Source: the human T2T-CHM13v2.0 reference genome, Homo sapiens | Strand: one strand, 5' to 3' | DNA length: 64,000 nt | Assembly: GCF_009914755.1 (NCBI RefSeq) | Contig: NC_060933.1 | Shown: in pieces, positions 33,044-48,790 of the stretch | Layout: the number at the start of each line of letters is the position of its first letter | Numbering within the stretch: the stretch's first letter is position 1 | Notes under the pieces: model-generated | Database searches by the model: none | Told to the model about the DNA's origin: nothing | Seen by the model: only the letters and a program-made list of their open reading frames with translations | Translations under genes and position numbers: made by a program

Positions 33044-34089
33044 AATTTACTTTTTGCTATTCTGATTAGAGAGTGGCCATGCTCCATGCTCCATATGGAT
33101 ATTCTTTGGAAACAAAGCATTTTTGAAATGGTAGGATTGGGGCTAGTAAAAGAGAACAGAAAGAATTGTGAACAGGGTCTCCTCCAGTACAGATGGTTAA
33201 AGAACACAAATAGGGAAGTGTGATGAGTGACCTCCATTTAATTGGGCGCCCAAGCTCTTGGCTGCTCCAGCATGGGTTGCCATCCTGACTGATCCCTTGG
33301 CTCAGAAACAGATATGGTGCTATCAGGAACGCAAGGCCAATATCTGAATATTGCAGCAGAGACTGCTCCCATTTCAGAAAGCAACCCAGATTAAAGTTGA
33401 TGATTCAGTTTCAATAAATGCTTCCTTTTTTATAAAAGGCATTTAACATCACTCTTTCCCCTGGTAATATGGAATTAGCTTTTGGGATCAACTGGAAAAT
33501 GTCAGAGGGCGATTGTAAAAGGCCACCTGCTAACCACAGGAAGCTGGGCTGATACAGAATGCCAGGTTAACTTAAGGTCGATAATGGTTACTTCCTTGTC
33601 ACTTTTTACATGCATCCTTGCTCTGCAGTGGGGGTCATAAGAAGTAAGATGCATGCAAGGTGAATTTCTAGAAGTCAGCTTCTCTGAGAAGTATTCTCTG
33701 ACCATACATTCCTACTAGTCCCCACATACGCTGCTGATCTCCCCATCTTCACCCCCATTGTTGAAATTGCTCCCTCATTGTAACTGTTCACTCATCTGTC
33801 TCCACCATAAAGCTTAGGCTCCTAGAAAGTCAGGACCAGAGCTAGTACAGTGCCCCATGTTCTTATGGAATGATTTTAGTGCCTTGAGTTTGGTGTGGTG
33901 ACCAGAGCTGGTGGCCAACTGTCGTGAGGCCCCAGTCCTTCTTTTTGTCATGCTTTCCCTCCCAGCCCCTCCTTGACCACTCTTTCACCTCCATCTTTCT
34001 ACTTATATAGAGACAAATAATAAGATGCTTGTACAAAGGGTGTACTTGTATTATCCCATTTGTGTTGATATTCCACAACAGCAAATTAG

Positions 34090-34401
<312 letters not shown>

Positions 34402-34817
34402 TAAAGATTAAATACCATGTCGTTAAATTTGCAAATCTCTCGAATAGGAAAATCAGGAACAATGACAACATTCGGAGCTTCCCAGAAGGTAACAACTATG
34501 GGGAGTTTTGTGGGCATCTGAGAGAAGCACACACACAGATGGTTTGCCTTTCATTGGTCCATTCTTGCCCAGAAGGCGACACTAACTGAAACAAAGAAGC
34601 CTCATATGAGAAGGACATGGGGTCACAGCAGCTTTTGGGGTGGCCCTGGGTCCTTGATCTGGTCTTTCTCTGGCTCATTTTGTATTGCTCACTTTGTTAC
34701 TTCACAATCCAGGGCTTGTGACATTTTTCTTCTCTGGAGTGGAAATGACAGAGCTGCAGAACACAAGTTTCTGATTGGTTCCTATGAGTCAGGAAAGAGG
34801 GCCAGTTGAAACTGGGC

Positions 34818-34838
34818 TCACACACACACACACACACA
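34818..34838. repeat. (CA)n microsatellite
   Basis: Direct reading. Confidence 0.9.
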
Positions 34839-35236
34839 AACTAGGCTCACATGTGTTTTCCCATCAGCTAAACAAGTTTTCAGAAGTACAGAAATAACTC
34901 GTTGGGGAAGGGGACCCAGGACAATGACAATGTTTTTGATGGTAATGTCTGCAGAAGTAAGGCAGGTTTCCTCTGTGCCTGAAAAGATGGCACCATTTGA
35001 GGAGATGGCATACTCGTGGTGGAATCTTCATTAAGATGTCAAACTAAGCTGTAGGAAATCAACTCTAGAAAACAGCTCTAATGTGAGAAAACATATATCC
35101 AGTTTTATAGAGCAAGAGCTGTGATCATGGTGACATTTAACAACTGTATTAGTTGGCCAAGAGGGTAAAAATATACTTGACCTCTTAGAGCACCATAAAT
35201 ACTCTCAGCTTGTGGGCCAACTGTGTCATGGTCTTT

Positions 35237-35362
35237 TTTCTAGCCCCTCCTCTTTCTCCCTTCCTTCTTGTCTCTCTCCTCCTCTCTCTTCCCTCCCCTT
35301 TCTCCTTTCTGACCCTCTTTTCTCTTCTCTATCTTCTCGAACCTTCCCTTCCTCCTCTCCTT
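35237..35362. repeat. CT-rich low-complexity tract
   Basis: Almost pure pyrimidine run. Confidence 0.8.
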
Positions 35363-35530
35363 TAGGTGCTCAGCACCTCTTTGATTCAATAAACATTTAC
35401 GGAGCTCCTTCTTGTGCCAACGACTGTACACAGAGCTGGGATGTCAAGATGAATCAGTTACATTTCCTGCCCAATGCCAAGGGATGGCTTGATGGGTTTT
35501 GACCAGCCCCTCCCTGGACTCCCAATTTCT

Positions 35531-35839
35531 TTTTTTTTTTTTTCTTTTTTTTTTTTAGACGGAGTCTTGCTCTGTTGCCAGGCTGGAGTGCAGTGGCACG
35601 ATCTCGGCTCACTGCAGTCTCTGTCTCCCTCCCAACTTCAAGCGATTCTCCTGCTCAGCCTCTCGAGTATCTGGGATTGCAGGCATGCGCCACCACACCC
35701 AGCTAATTTTTTTGTATTTTTAGTAGAGACAGGGTTTCACCATGTTGGCCAGGGTGGTCTGGATCTCCTGACCTCGTGATCCACCCGCCTTGGCTTCCCA
35801 AAGTGCTGGGAATACAGTCATGAGCCACCGCGCCCGGTG
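35531..35839 (-). mobile_element. AluSc-like
   Basis: tgttgccaggct, cctgacctcgtgatcc; 19-bp TSD ccctggactcccaatttct 35512-35530/35840-35858. Confidence 0.92.
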
Positions 35840-36768
35840 CCCTGGACTCCCAATTTCTACCTCCTGGAACGTGCTTTACTCACCAGCCTTGGTGTTATTC
35901 TGCAATATGGCCAACTGGGATTTTTTTCAATCTTACAGAAATTATTCTCGGAAATGTTTGCTATTTTTTTTTAATGAAGCTACAGCATACAATTTAAGGA
36001 TAAATAATGTACTTACTCTGCAGCTATTGTTTCAAGTCAAATCCGCTGATTACTCCTCCAAAATTCTTTTCTTAATAAAATCTCTGACCCTTTCCTCTTC
36101 CTGTTAGAACTTCTGGAGCTACCATTGTTCCTCCTCTTGGGCTGCTCATAACCTAGGGGAGTCACAGTGAAATTACTTGCTTTAAAATTCTTTAATCACT
36201 CTGCGAGTTGTTAGGAAAAGCTGACACATCTGATTTGGAAACTCCCACTCCAGTGGACTGTTGTGCCTCAGCACACAGGGACGGGTGGAGCAAAGGAACA
36301 AGAAGCCAAAAACTCTCAGGGCACTTACTATGATTGTGTAAAAGAGAGACTCATCAATTAACACAGGTACTGGCAAGTGCACTTCATAATGCCTCCATTT
36401 CTAGACAGATCAAAAACAGTGTGCCCTGTCAATAAATGCTGAGTTTCTGTAGCAGCCTGATTGAGATCAGCTAACCTTTAGGCCAAAAGCGGGATTCTTC
36501 CTTGCTGAAGCTTTTGGCAAAGCATATTGAGCTTCATGCCAGGGATTAGATTAACTCTTGCAAAACTGGTTCACCAGGAACAATGACTCAGTGTTTTTTT
36601 TTTAGTATCCGGCATATTGTGTGGAGCAGCTATAAATATATTTACAAGCTGGAGTTTCAAGGGAGGGGAGTAATAGCTTGCTGAAAAACATGCCAACTGA
36701 GTTATGGGTCTTCACGCAGCCAGCATGCTGTGTTTTGGGCTCTGCCTCTTGTAATTTTTAGAAATTAA

Positions 36769-37079
<311 letters not shown>

Positions 37080-37159
37080 TGTTGGTTGTAATTTTATTTT
37101 CCTCCTCAAGGACTTTGAGCACATTATCTTCTCTTTAATAACTTGTTTCCACCCTCCTT

Positions 37160-37174
37160 TGTGCACGCGCGCAC

Positions 37175-37216
<42 letters not shown>
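37160..37216. repeat. (CG/CA)-(TG)n alternating purine-pyrimidine tract
   Basis: tgtgcacgcgcgcacgcg(tg)n. Confidence 0.9.
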
Positions 37217-38304
37217 TTTCTGATCTCCCTACGGGGGCAGAGAGTCTCAAGCAGGTATGTCCATGTTATTAACATACTGTCTGCTTATTAACTAACTGCA
37301 CCAATGATGAAAGCCAACTGACAAACAAGTGATGCTCTTATCCCTCCTTCGCAAGCAATGAATCTGAAAGCCAAGAGAAGTTTTCCTTTCAACAGGAAGT
37401 GTTTTGGAGTCCGAACAACTCTGCATTTAGACAGTGCAGCTTTTAGTTACAGATCTTGGCAATGGGGCAGGCAGAGGGAGCGGCAACTACAGACTTTGCC
37501 GTAGGACTGTTTTCTATGGAGTGTGTGTGCTCTGACGAGCTAGTGACAGGAGGGAGGTTACAAAAGCATTTACTGAAATAAGGATTTCTAATAGAGGAGC
37601 TTTTTAAAAGTATTAAATATGCTAATGTGCCTAGGGCATAGTCAACAAAGAGTTATAATACATGTCATTTTTCATATTTATCAAGGAAACCATGTCACCC
37701 GCAGCCTTTCTCAATTTCTGGCATTCTGAGAAACACACTGTAGTGGTGCCTGAGGGTCTGGGGAAAGAAGAATAGAATGAATGGGGCATCTCAGAATCGT
37801 AAACTCCCCCAGTTGTAGTTCCTTTCGATGTTGGTCGTTGGATGAATTTCCAGTTTCTACTATTGTGGTTGGATTGGGGAGAGTAGCTCAAATTGGGAAT
37901 TGCTTTTTGAGGATCTAGGGCTTCTGGAATTCTCCCAGTTTCTTTTTACCTCTTTATGCTATCTTGTCTACTTTGAAAAATCAGTAGCATCCATTTGATT
38001 GCAGAGCTGAATCTTTCTATACAGTGAGGAGTTGTAATCACATTACTTATAACCTGCTTATTTAACTTTTTAAAGGTGCAAGTCATTGTAACCTAAGTAT
38101 TTACTCACACTGATCCTTAATATACTCCCCTTTCTTATCTGCAAGCTTCTTTCTCTGGTTTCTCCTAACTCTGTTACTGCTCATGAGTTTAAAACTTTGT
38201 CTTCTCAGTTCCTGGCTTCACCTGTTTGGTCTCTGCTCTCCAGGACTCTGCCTTGGAAATCTGACTCACACTTCTATATGTCCCTGGGGCTCAACTTCGG
38301 GCCT

Positions 38305-38436
38305 GGCGCCAGAATCACCCAGGCTCCAAGCAAGCCTTGTAGACTCCACTCAGTCCTTTGACTCAAGGAAATCTCCACTTCTAAATGGCTCTCCGGTTGA
38401 TTCTGATGCCAGTCCAGGGTTGAGAACCACCGCTTT
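38305..38436. mobile_element. MER5-family (hAT-Charlie) fragment
   Basis: cagaatcacc...gattctgatgc...gttgagaaccac. Confidence 0.6.
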
Positions 38437-38539
38437 AGCTTCTAGACACACAGCCCCCTCCCCTTTTTCCTGGAGCCCCTCTTGGGTCATGATTCTATTT
38501 TCCCTATTTCTGTACTCAGAAGGGATAAAAATGGAAGTG

Positions 38540-38970
38540 TATGTGAAGTTGCTACTACGTCCCAGGTGCTTTAAATATGTTATTTTATTCAATCTTCACA
38601 ACAGTCTTATGCAGTCTCTATTTTTATTTTAAGAATGAGGAAAACAATACTTGGGTGCAGTGGCTTATGTTTGTAATCCCAGCACTTTGGGAGGCCAAGG
38701 TGGGTAGATCACTTGAGCCCAGGAGTTCAAGACCAGCCTGGGCAACATGGCATAACCCTGTCTCTACCAACAATACGAAAATTAGCCAGTCTCATAACCT
38801 GGTCTATAAATAAATAAATAGATAAAAATTTAAAAATAAAATAATTTAAAAAGAAAAGAATGAGGAAAACAAGATTCAGAGAGCCTTGGTCATCTTCCCA
38901 AAGGTGCACAATTAAGAAATGGCTAAGCAGGGGTTCTGACTCAGATCTGTCAGCATCTACAGCTTTGCTA
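38540..38970 (-). mobile_element. MIR interrupted by an Alu monomer
   Basis: ccaggtgcttta...aatcttcacaacagtc...gaatgaggaaaac...ttcagagag...cccaaaggtgcaca. Confidence 0.65.
38648..38855 (+). mobile_element. Short AluJ-derived element: left arm + linker + non-canonical 3' tail
   Basis: ...aaaattagccagtctcataacctggtctataaataaataaatagat...; 17-bp TSD aagaatgaggaaaacaa 38631-38647/38856-38872. Confidence 0.85.
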
Positions 38971-39142
38971 TTTAAAAGAGCGTGGTCCGTGGACTAGCAG
39001 AATCAGTGTCACCTGGGATCTTGGTAGAAACACAAATACTTGAGTGCCATCTCAGACGTACTGAATCAGTTTCTTCAGGGGTAGGGTCCAGGAATATGCA
39101 TTTTATGAAGGCCTCTAAATGTTTCTCAAAGTTTAAGAAGCA
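38970..39142. mobile_element. MER5A
   Basis: gtggtccgtggactagcagaatcagtgtcacctgggatcttggtagaaa...ctgaatcag. Confidence 0.7.
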
Positions 39143-39467
39143 TGGGGAACTATATCTTTTCCTACTATATAGTCTTATCTCTTTCCTTGTTTCTTTACTC
39201 CAAAGTATTGCCTTATTTCTTTCCCAGAAACCTCACTATCAGCTCACTGTGCAGCCTTACTCATATCTTCCTCAACCAGCAGTTTTATTACACACACCCT
39301 TCTCATTTCCTCACATTGCTCATGGTATCTGACTGAGTACAGGGATCCAACCTGGCTTTGGGTTTTGCACTGTCTTGCCTCAGTCTCTTAATTTCTTCCT
39401 ATGTACATTTTAAGATATTGAAGACACTAACTTCCAAACCTCTTCTCTAAATCTGACAGTGAAGCAG

Positions 39468-39491
39468 TGTGTGTGTGTGTGTGTGTGTGTG
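39468..39491. repeat. (TG)n microsatellite
   Basis: Direct reading. Confidence 0.9.
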
Positions 39492-40842
39492 CATGCCAGT
39501 GCATACACCACACATACAAGCACATACACAGAGTTAAGTTTGGTCACATTTACTTCATTAATTGATATATACCACAACTGAGAAAAACTTACTGGCATTC
39601 TGCTCCAAGCTTGAATTCCCAGACGAAAAACAAACAAGCAAACAAACAACTCCTCCTTACACAAAAATATCTAGTGGCCTTGGAAAATTCCATTTAACAT
39701 TAAATTGTGTCTCTTCAAAGTGAAGCAGGGTGGGCAGATTTTTGAACATGAATCTACTGATAACACAACACCTCTTCAAAACTAGAATCTCATTCAGGGT
39801 TAAATGATGTCCAAGTCAAACCTGAGATGCTAGCATGATGCCCCATCCTCAGTCAGAGGTTTCAGGGTGGCAAACAACTTTTGCTCACTCTCCTCTGCCT
39901 CTCTCTATATTTGCAGAAAGTCCAGCTTTCACTGCAAAAGTTCGATAACTCTGTAAAACAGTTTGATCCTAACTTCAAAAGAATTTTTATGCTATTTGGA
40001 ATACATAAAAAATGAATTTATTCCAATACTTTAGCCCCATAAATAATGCATAATGATTGGTGAAAGATTAGCATTTTGGAGTTCAAGTACTTAAAGCTTT
40101 CTTGGATGGATAATGCATCACCCTTAACTAGCATAAGGGGAAATAGAAGGTTGACAAGGAAAACTTAATTTAGGGTTCTTTATTTATTTTTCTCTAGTTA
40201 TGTTTACCTTCCCAGGTTGTTTTATTAATGCCACTTTTCACAAGGATATTTCATGAATAAATATCAGGTTGTATCTCTGGCCATCTGTGATGATCACGTT
40301 TTTATTTTTAATGAGTTGCTCATGGATTATATCCTAACTGGAATTGCAGTCAGTATATTGAGATGCATTGACTCCATTTCTGTCTTTCATTCTTCTTTCT
40401 CAATGTATTCTCACTGGATTAGCACTCTTAGCCCTGAGGACTCTTGGGCCAGTTTTATTACTAAAAGAAGAATTACAGTTTTGCTACACAGTGACCTTGC
40501 AAGAAGTATCAGCACAGCTCAATTTCAAATTCTCCTCAAATATCAAATATGTTCTTGGTATATTTTGCTTAGCAGTTTATTGCCTTCTCATCTCCACTGT
40601 TTTTCCTGAGTAACAGCTCAGAAATCTATAAATAAAACTTAATAATGGGGAGTGACTCAAAAGTCTGGTTATTTTTATTAGTAAACTATTTTAGGGGTGA
40701 ACACTTCACATTTTACATTCTCATGCTCCACAGTGCTGAAAATAGTCTGAATTTTTTTTGTGTGTTAGGTTGATGAGAATATTTTTGAGATGACTAGCAG
40801 AAAACAGAATCATTAAAACAGTGCTATCAGTTTTCATGTTGA

Positions 40843-41165
<323 letters not shown>

Positions 41166-41789
41166 GATAGCATCTTAACAATAAACATGCAAAGATTTGT
41201 AAATGTTGGCAAACAGCAAGAAAAACATATTTAGAAAATTGTGCTATGCTTTAATGTCCTGTCTGTACGATAATTTACTTAGCTCCCTACCTTCCCCCCA
41301 GCCCACCAGAATGTTTAAACTGAAATTTAAAGCACAGTTGATCTTGGCTTGGATAGGCAGCCTGCATATTAACTGAGGATTTAGTTAGTATCCAGGAGCA
41401 GATCTACTTCTCAAAGTGAGATTCACATAGCCCCCTTGGAAGCTTTCAAATAGATTGACTAGCCTTTTAAAATTCCTCTTCTCCCCTTTCTTATTGCCCC
41501 CGCCTTGTCTAGCTGTATGCTAACTTGCTGCATAGAATCCTGAATTTCTGGATTTCTACATTTCTAGCTCAATGAATGGGGTAAATCAAAACTTAATAAC
41601 ACTCTTGATTTTGAAAAGCTTCAGTGCTTCATGTAAGACTTTTTGAGAAAAGATCATTTTCATTTATTTCTGTTTTATTTCTAGCTTAATGATTAAATGT
41701 AAGCTGTTCAATACCTTTTTCAATATCCCACTTGTTAAACCCACACTAAACCTCAGAAATATTGAGTCAGTGATCTAAATTTCCATTCA

Positions 41790-42157
<368 letters not shown>

Positions 42158-43176
42158 CCCCTTCCCCTCCACGAAAGAAAACCCCAAATAAACAGACAAA
42201 TGAAAGCAATGAAAACAGGAAAATAATTTTGACACCTACTTCTGGGATGTTATGTTATGCTTTGCATTGGTTCTATTTATTAGACATGTTCCCATCTTTA
42301 TTATTTAAGAGCAGATAAAATAACCTCACTACATTAATCTCTTTTGCTCTGCCTCTTTCCATATGATTCTTCACTAGCAGTTCCCAAAACAAAAAAATTG
42401 TGCACCAAAATCCCAACTGAGACTCAATTGTTTGCTGACTCAACAACTCTAATGAGAAATCTTATACAAGAGCTTTTGTTTCAAAAGGAAGTGCCAGGAA
42501 AATTTTGCTTCCCTCAAGCAATGGCATGTTTTCTTTTTCTGGACAGTGAGAACCATGTAATTAAACATATTTTCCTTTGTGCTTTGGCTGTCAGGAAACT
42601 CAGAGCCAAACTTGTAGCCCAAGTTTTATGGCTATGTAAGACATTATGGCCCATATATCTGGACTCTTCCTTTCTCCTTGGTATTGATCTTCAGTCTTGG
42701 CTTTAGTTTACAAAATATGCCATTATAAAAAATAACAGTATCTGTAGGCTGTCTGAAATTATTATGGAAAAAGTAGTGTACAAATAAATGAATAAGTCAA
42801 TTGTTTGAAAAACAATGCATTTGTATCAGAAATAACTTTGTGAGTGGTCTTCAGGTTCCTAGTCTATTTCATTTTGATATATATTTCTTGTGGGTTTACC
42901 ACGTGCCAGACAAAGATGTTCCTGGCAGGGGGGTTAATAATGTTAACAGTACTCAGTCTTTCTAGTGCCTTACAGGCTATAGAAGGAGAAAGAAATACAA
43001 AACAAACTAAAATAGGTATTCAATTGCAACAAAAGCAACTTGATGTAGGGGTACAGGGGAAGGAATAATTCATTCTACAGGCCTTTAAAAGATAAAGAGG
43101 TATTTCAAAGGCAAACAATGGAGAGAAGATCATTCTAAGCTAAGGAGGTTGCATGAAGAAAGCATAATGTCACTAC

Positions 43177-43473
<297 letters not shown>

Positions 43474-43677
43474 CATAATGTCATCAAATTGAAGTGAGAA
43501 ATGGGAATGTCACTACCAACCATAAGTAATAAACAATAGATTATCATTAACTTTGCTCCTAGAGAAAGACAAGTTTATTTAGAGGTGAGGCGAGTAGAAT
43601 TTTTTTAAGGGAACTTCTGGGTAATTTAACACCATGATCCTTCTCGAATGCCTTACAACGTAAAAATGTAGTTCTCC

Positions 43678-43678
43678 T

Positions 43679-43710
<32 letters not shown>

Positions 43711-43993
43711 TGAGACAGGGTCTCGCTTCGTTGCCCAGGCTGGAGTGCAGTGACACAATCTTGGCTCACTGCATCCTCCGCCGCCTGGGTTCAAGTGATT
43801 CTCCTACGTCAGCCTCCTGAGTAGCTGGGATTACAGGCGTGCACTACCACGCCTGGCTAATTTTTGAATTTTTAGTAGAGATGAGGTTTTGCCATGTTGG
43901 CCAGGCTGGTCTTAAACTCCTGACCTCAAGTGATCTGCACACCTCGACCTCCCAAAGTGCTGGGATTACAGGTGTAAGCCACCATGCCTGGCC
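43678..43993 (-). mobile_element. AluS
   Basis: Full dimer. Confidence 0.92.
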
Positions 43994-44061
43994 ATTTTTC
44001 TTGATAAAGGGGTGTCATTGGGGCTTCTCTTACTCCTGTCACTCATCATGGGTGCCATGTC

Positions 44062-44358
44062 TTTTTTTTTTTTTTTTGAGATGGAGTCTTGCTCTGTCGC
44101 CCAGGCTGGAGTGCAGTGGCGCGATCTTGGCTCACTGCAAGCTCCACCTCCTGGGTTCACGCCATTCTCCGGCCGCAGCCTCCTGAGTAGCTGGGACCAC
44201 AGGTGCCTGCCACCACGCCCTGCTAATTTTTTGTACTTTTAGTAGAGACGGGGTTTCAGCGTGTTAGCCAGGATGGTCTCAATCTCCTGACCTCGTGATC
44301 TGCCCGCCTCAGCCTCCCAAAGTGCTGGGATTACAGGCGGGAGCCACTGCGCCTGGCC
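44062..44358 (-). mobile_element. AluY
   Basis: gcaagctcc, gttcacgccattctcc, gtgttagccaggatgg; TSD tgggtgccatgtctt 44049-44063/44359-44373. Confidence 0.93.
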
Positions 44359-45879
44359 TGGGTGCCATGTCTTAATTGACAACCACAATGAAGAGAGGAA
44401 GGAAAGAGGAAAGAATAAGACAATACAAGAAGAAAAGGGAAGGAAAAGCCAATGACAGACATTAACTGGATTTTCCCACAAAGAGAGGTCATGAGGATCA
44501 AGAGCATACAGAAGTTTGCAAAATAAAGAGTTTCTCTGGCTTGGAGTTGACCAAAATAAGAGAAAGGTGAAGCGAGTATAATGTACGGAGACTTCTCCTG
44601 GGAGAAGTTGTCAGTGGAGAAGTTATTGGGTCATATAGTGATGGTGTGCAGATAGGACCTGGTGGTGAGTTGACGAGGAGCCATTGCCATTCAGCCATCA
44701 AGAATCATGATGTGTGTTGTGTAGGAATGGAGAGGTGAGTGTGGAGTGGATGGGGCGTAGATGGAGAAGCAGGAGGATTCGTCATGCACCCTGAGGCTTG
44801 CCAGTATTGATGTCAGACTTCCTCCGACCGTGTTGCCACCCTGGACTGTTTGACTTTGGTAGCTATTTTAAAACAGCAAGAAGAGCTGCTTGAGAAGAAC
44901 CTGGGGGAGATTTCACAACCAGCAGCTGCATCGAATCTCCCTGGATGTGTGCTTTTGGAAACAATTTACACAAGGGCTGATTTCAACATGCACTAATATA
45001 TACAGTTTAGCTGGCATTTTATATGGAAACTTTAATAAAATGGTTCTAATTAGTGCTTAATTTACATAGATTAGAGAGTTCTACAGGCCCACACAGTAGG
45101 GCTTGGGGATTTTATGTCATTTGATGGAGATGCCAGTTTGATTCAGATAAAGAACCAATTTTAGGGAATACTGCTGAAGTTTGCCCGACACAAATGAAGG
45201 AGTTGTAGCTTGCATTTCTTTTACCCACTCTTGTTCAGTGGCTTGAACTAGCTTTCTGTCTCTTCCACAAGATTTAGGACAAGATGGATTTCTGTGTCAG
45301 CATGTAGTAGGAGAGCTTTGATTTTCTAGTTCTGTCCTGTGTGGATCTGTATGTAGCTCAGATTCCCCCACAATCTAGGTCAGAGAAGCTGCTAGCCTTG
45401 GTGCAAAGTTTTCAAAAAGGCTTCTATTCAGAGAGATGAATAAGGAAAAACTCACACCCTACGTGCGAAGGTTGCTTAATGAGAGGTGTGAGATGGAGCT
45501 CAGTTGCCACTTATCTCTGTAGTTGGGTACCGTTGTGCAGTCTGTGCACTGCCCAGCCATTTGCAGTGACCCCAAAGAGGATCATCTGGTCATCTTGCGG
45601 GGAGAGACTGTGAGTTCCTGCCATGTCACTTGGTATAACATGAGAAAACTCAAAACTCTAGGCAGATCTTTGCACCTGCCCTACTTTTCTACCTGCTCTC
45701 ACAATCTTCTTGAGGGTGACCAGAGTCCAAGTAACTAAGTGTAATTCAATGTGGTGAATGATATGATTGCTACACAGGAGTATCTATTAAGGCTTTCAAA
45801 ATGTAAAGAGGAAGTGACTCATTCTTCCTGGTGGTGGTGGTTGCATCAATTGGTGTAGTCTATTGCCTCTCTCCCATCA

Positions 45880-46055
45880 ACAAGGGACATTTGGCAAAGT
45901 CTGGAGTGTGTCAACTGTGGGGTGGTGGTACTACCGGCATCTAGTGGATAGAGGTCAGGGATGCTGCTGAACATTTTACAATGCCCAGGACAGCCCTCCC
46001 ACAATAAATTATCTGGCCCAAAATATCAGTAGTGCTGCCATTGAGAAATCTGGTT
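45880..46055 (+). mobile_element. MER20 fragment
   Basis: gggacatttggcaaagtctggag...gaggtcagggatgctgctgaaca...ttatctggcccaaaat. Confidence 0.8.
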
Positions 46056-46069
46056 ATGTAACAGATAAC

Positions 46070-46532
<463 letters not shown>

Positions 46533-46687
46533 TGAGAGGGGGAAGGAAATTTGTTGGATTGTACCCTGAATTTTAAAAAGCTTCTGCCCAGAATTGACAT
46601 ATATTCTTTCCAATTGCATTTTATTGGCCACAATCCATCATATGACCATGCCTGAATTCAGAGGGAGTAGGTGGAGAATACATTTTT

Positions 46688-47058
<371 letters not shown>

Positions 47059-47127
47059 TAATGACTATCATGCTGATGGTAATGGTGGTTGTAGGATGGT
47101 GTGAGAATTTAAAGACGGCTTCACTCC

Positions 47128-47640
47128 TGTCACTTTGCTTACTTACTGCTGTATAACAAACTGCCCCAAACTTCAGGGATGAAGCTAACAAAAAAATCAT
47201 TTAATTTGCTCATGAAGTTGCAATTTGGATAGGGCTGTGTAGAACAGCTCCTCTCTATACCATGGGGCATCAGTTAGGACAGCTCAAAACCTGGGAGTAA
47301 CTCAAAGGCTGGGGGCTATAATCATCTGAATGCTTGCTCACTCCTGTGCTCTCATGTCAGGCAGTGGATGCTGGCTGTAGACAGAGACCTCAGCTGTGGC
47401 TGTCAGCTTGACCACCTACTCCCAGCCTCTACATGTGGCTGTTTGGCTCCCTTACAGTATGGTGGCTGGGTTCCAAGGCAGAAAGTAAATGCTGCCAGTT
47501 TCTTAAAGTCTGTCTGCAAATTGGCACAGCATTCTTTCTACCATATTCTATTCATCAAGGAGTTGTAGAGGCCAATTTTAAGGGGAAGAAAAATAGACCC
47601 TATGTTTCAATAGCAGGAAGGTCAAAGAATGTGGAGGCCC
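47128..47640 (-). mobile_element. Old MaLR LTR (MLT1F/G/H-like)
   Basis: tgctgtataacaaactgccccaaactt...tttgctcatgaa...gatgctggctgt...atggtggctgggttccaagg. Confidence 0.7.
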
Positions 47641-47683
47641 CAGAAAACTGCTTCCCAGGTAAGTGACAGGATAGAAAAACAAG

Positions 47684-48087
<404 letters not shown>

Positions 48088-48679
48088 TAGCTGGTCTTAC
48101 CTCCTAGCTACTTACTTCTACTGTTGACATCAACCTTATAAACTTGCTAGAGGCTCAGTGTGGGGAAACAAACAAACAAAGCCTCATGAAACGTTTTGAT
48201 CCAATTAGAAAATGTCTATTAAATACATTGTGTTTCACAAATGTGAACTATTAATACAATCTGGGTTTGTTCCGATTTAATTGTCTAAAATTATACATAA
48301 TTCATCTTGCCAACAAATGAAATTATTGAAAAATTAAAAATATCACCACCAATTTTTTCTATTAAATGTATATTTTTGTAATGATAGCTTAAGTTTCATC
48401 TCAGTTTGAGATTTAGTACACTGTGGCATTCACTCTGGTTGGGGTTCATTTGGCTCTGAGCTTCAAGGTTCAATTTAGACTTCAAAGCATGTCGGACTTG
48501 ACCTGAGGCACGTTTTTAACAATCAGGTGCAGTTTGTAAGGTTATGGGTTGAGGAATAGCATAAATGGGCCATCCTTTTTCTGATTTTGAGAAGAGAATG
48601 ACTACTAATACCCAGGTGTGTTCTTGTCTTTCTTGAGTCAATTCTAACAGCATTGGCTGTGGGTTATAAAACCATAAAA

Positions 48680-48790
48680 TTTTACAGCCAAAAACAACTT
48701 TAAAGGTCGTTTAGATGGAACTTCTTCATTTTGCAGATGAGGAAACTGAGAATCAGAGACAAAGTGACCTCAGGGCATTACAACTTACTA
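48680..48790 (-). mobile_element. MIR core
   Basis: cattttgcagatgaggaaactgag. Confidence 0.65.

Noticed and set aside
38183-38632. 149-aa ORF with a hydrophobic N-terminus
   Set aside because: Runs through MER5 and MIR remnants; no homology recognised.
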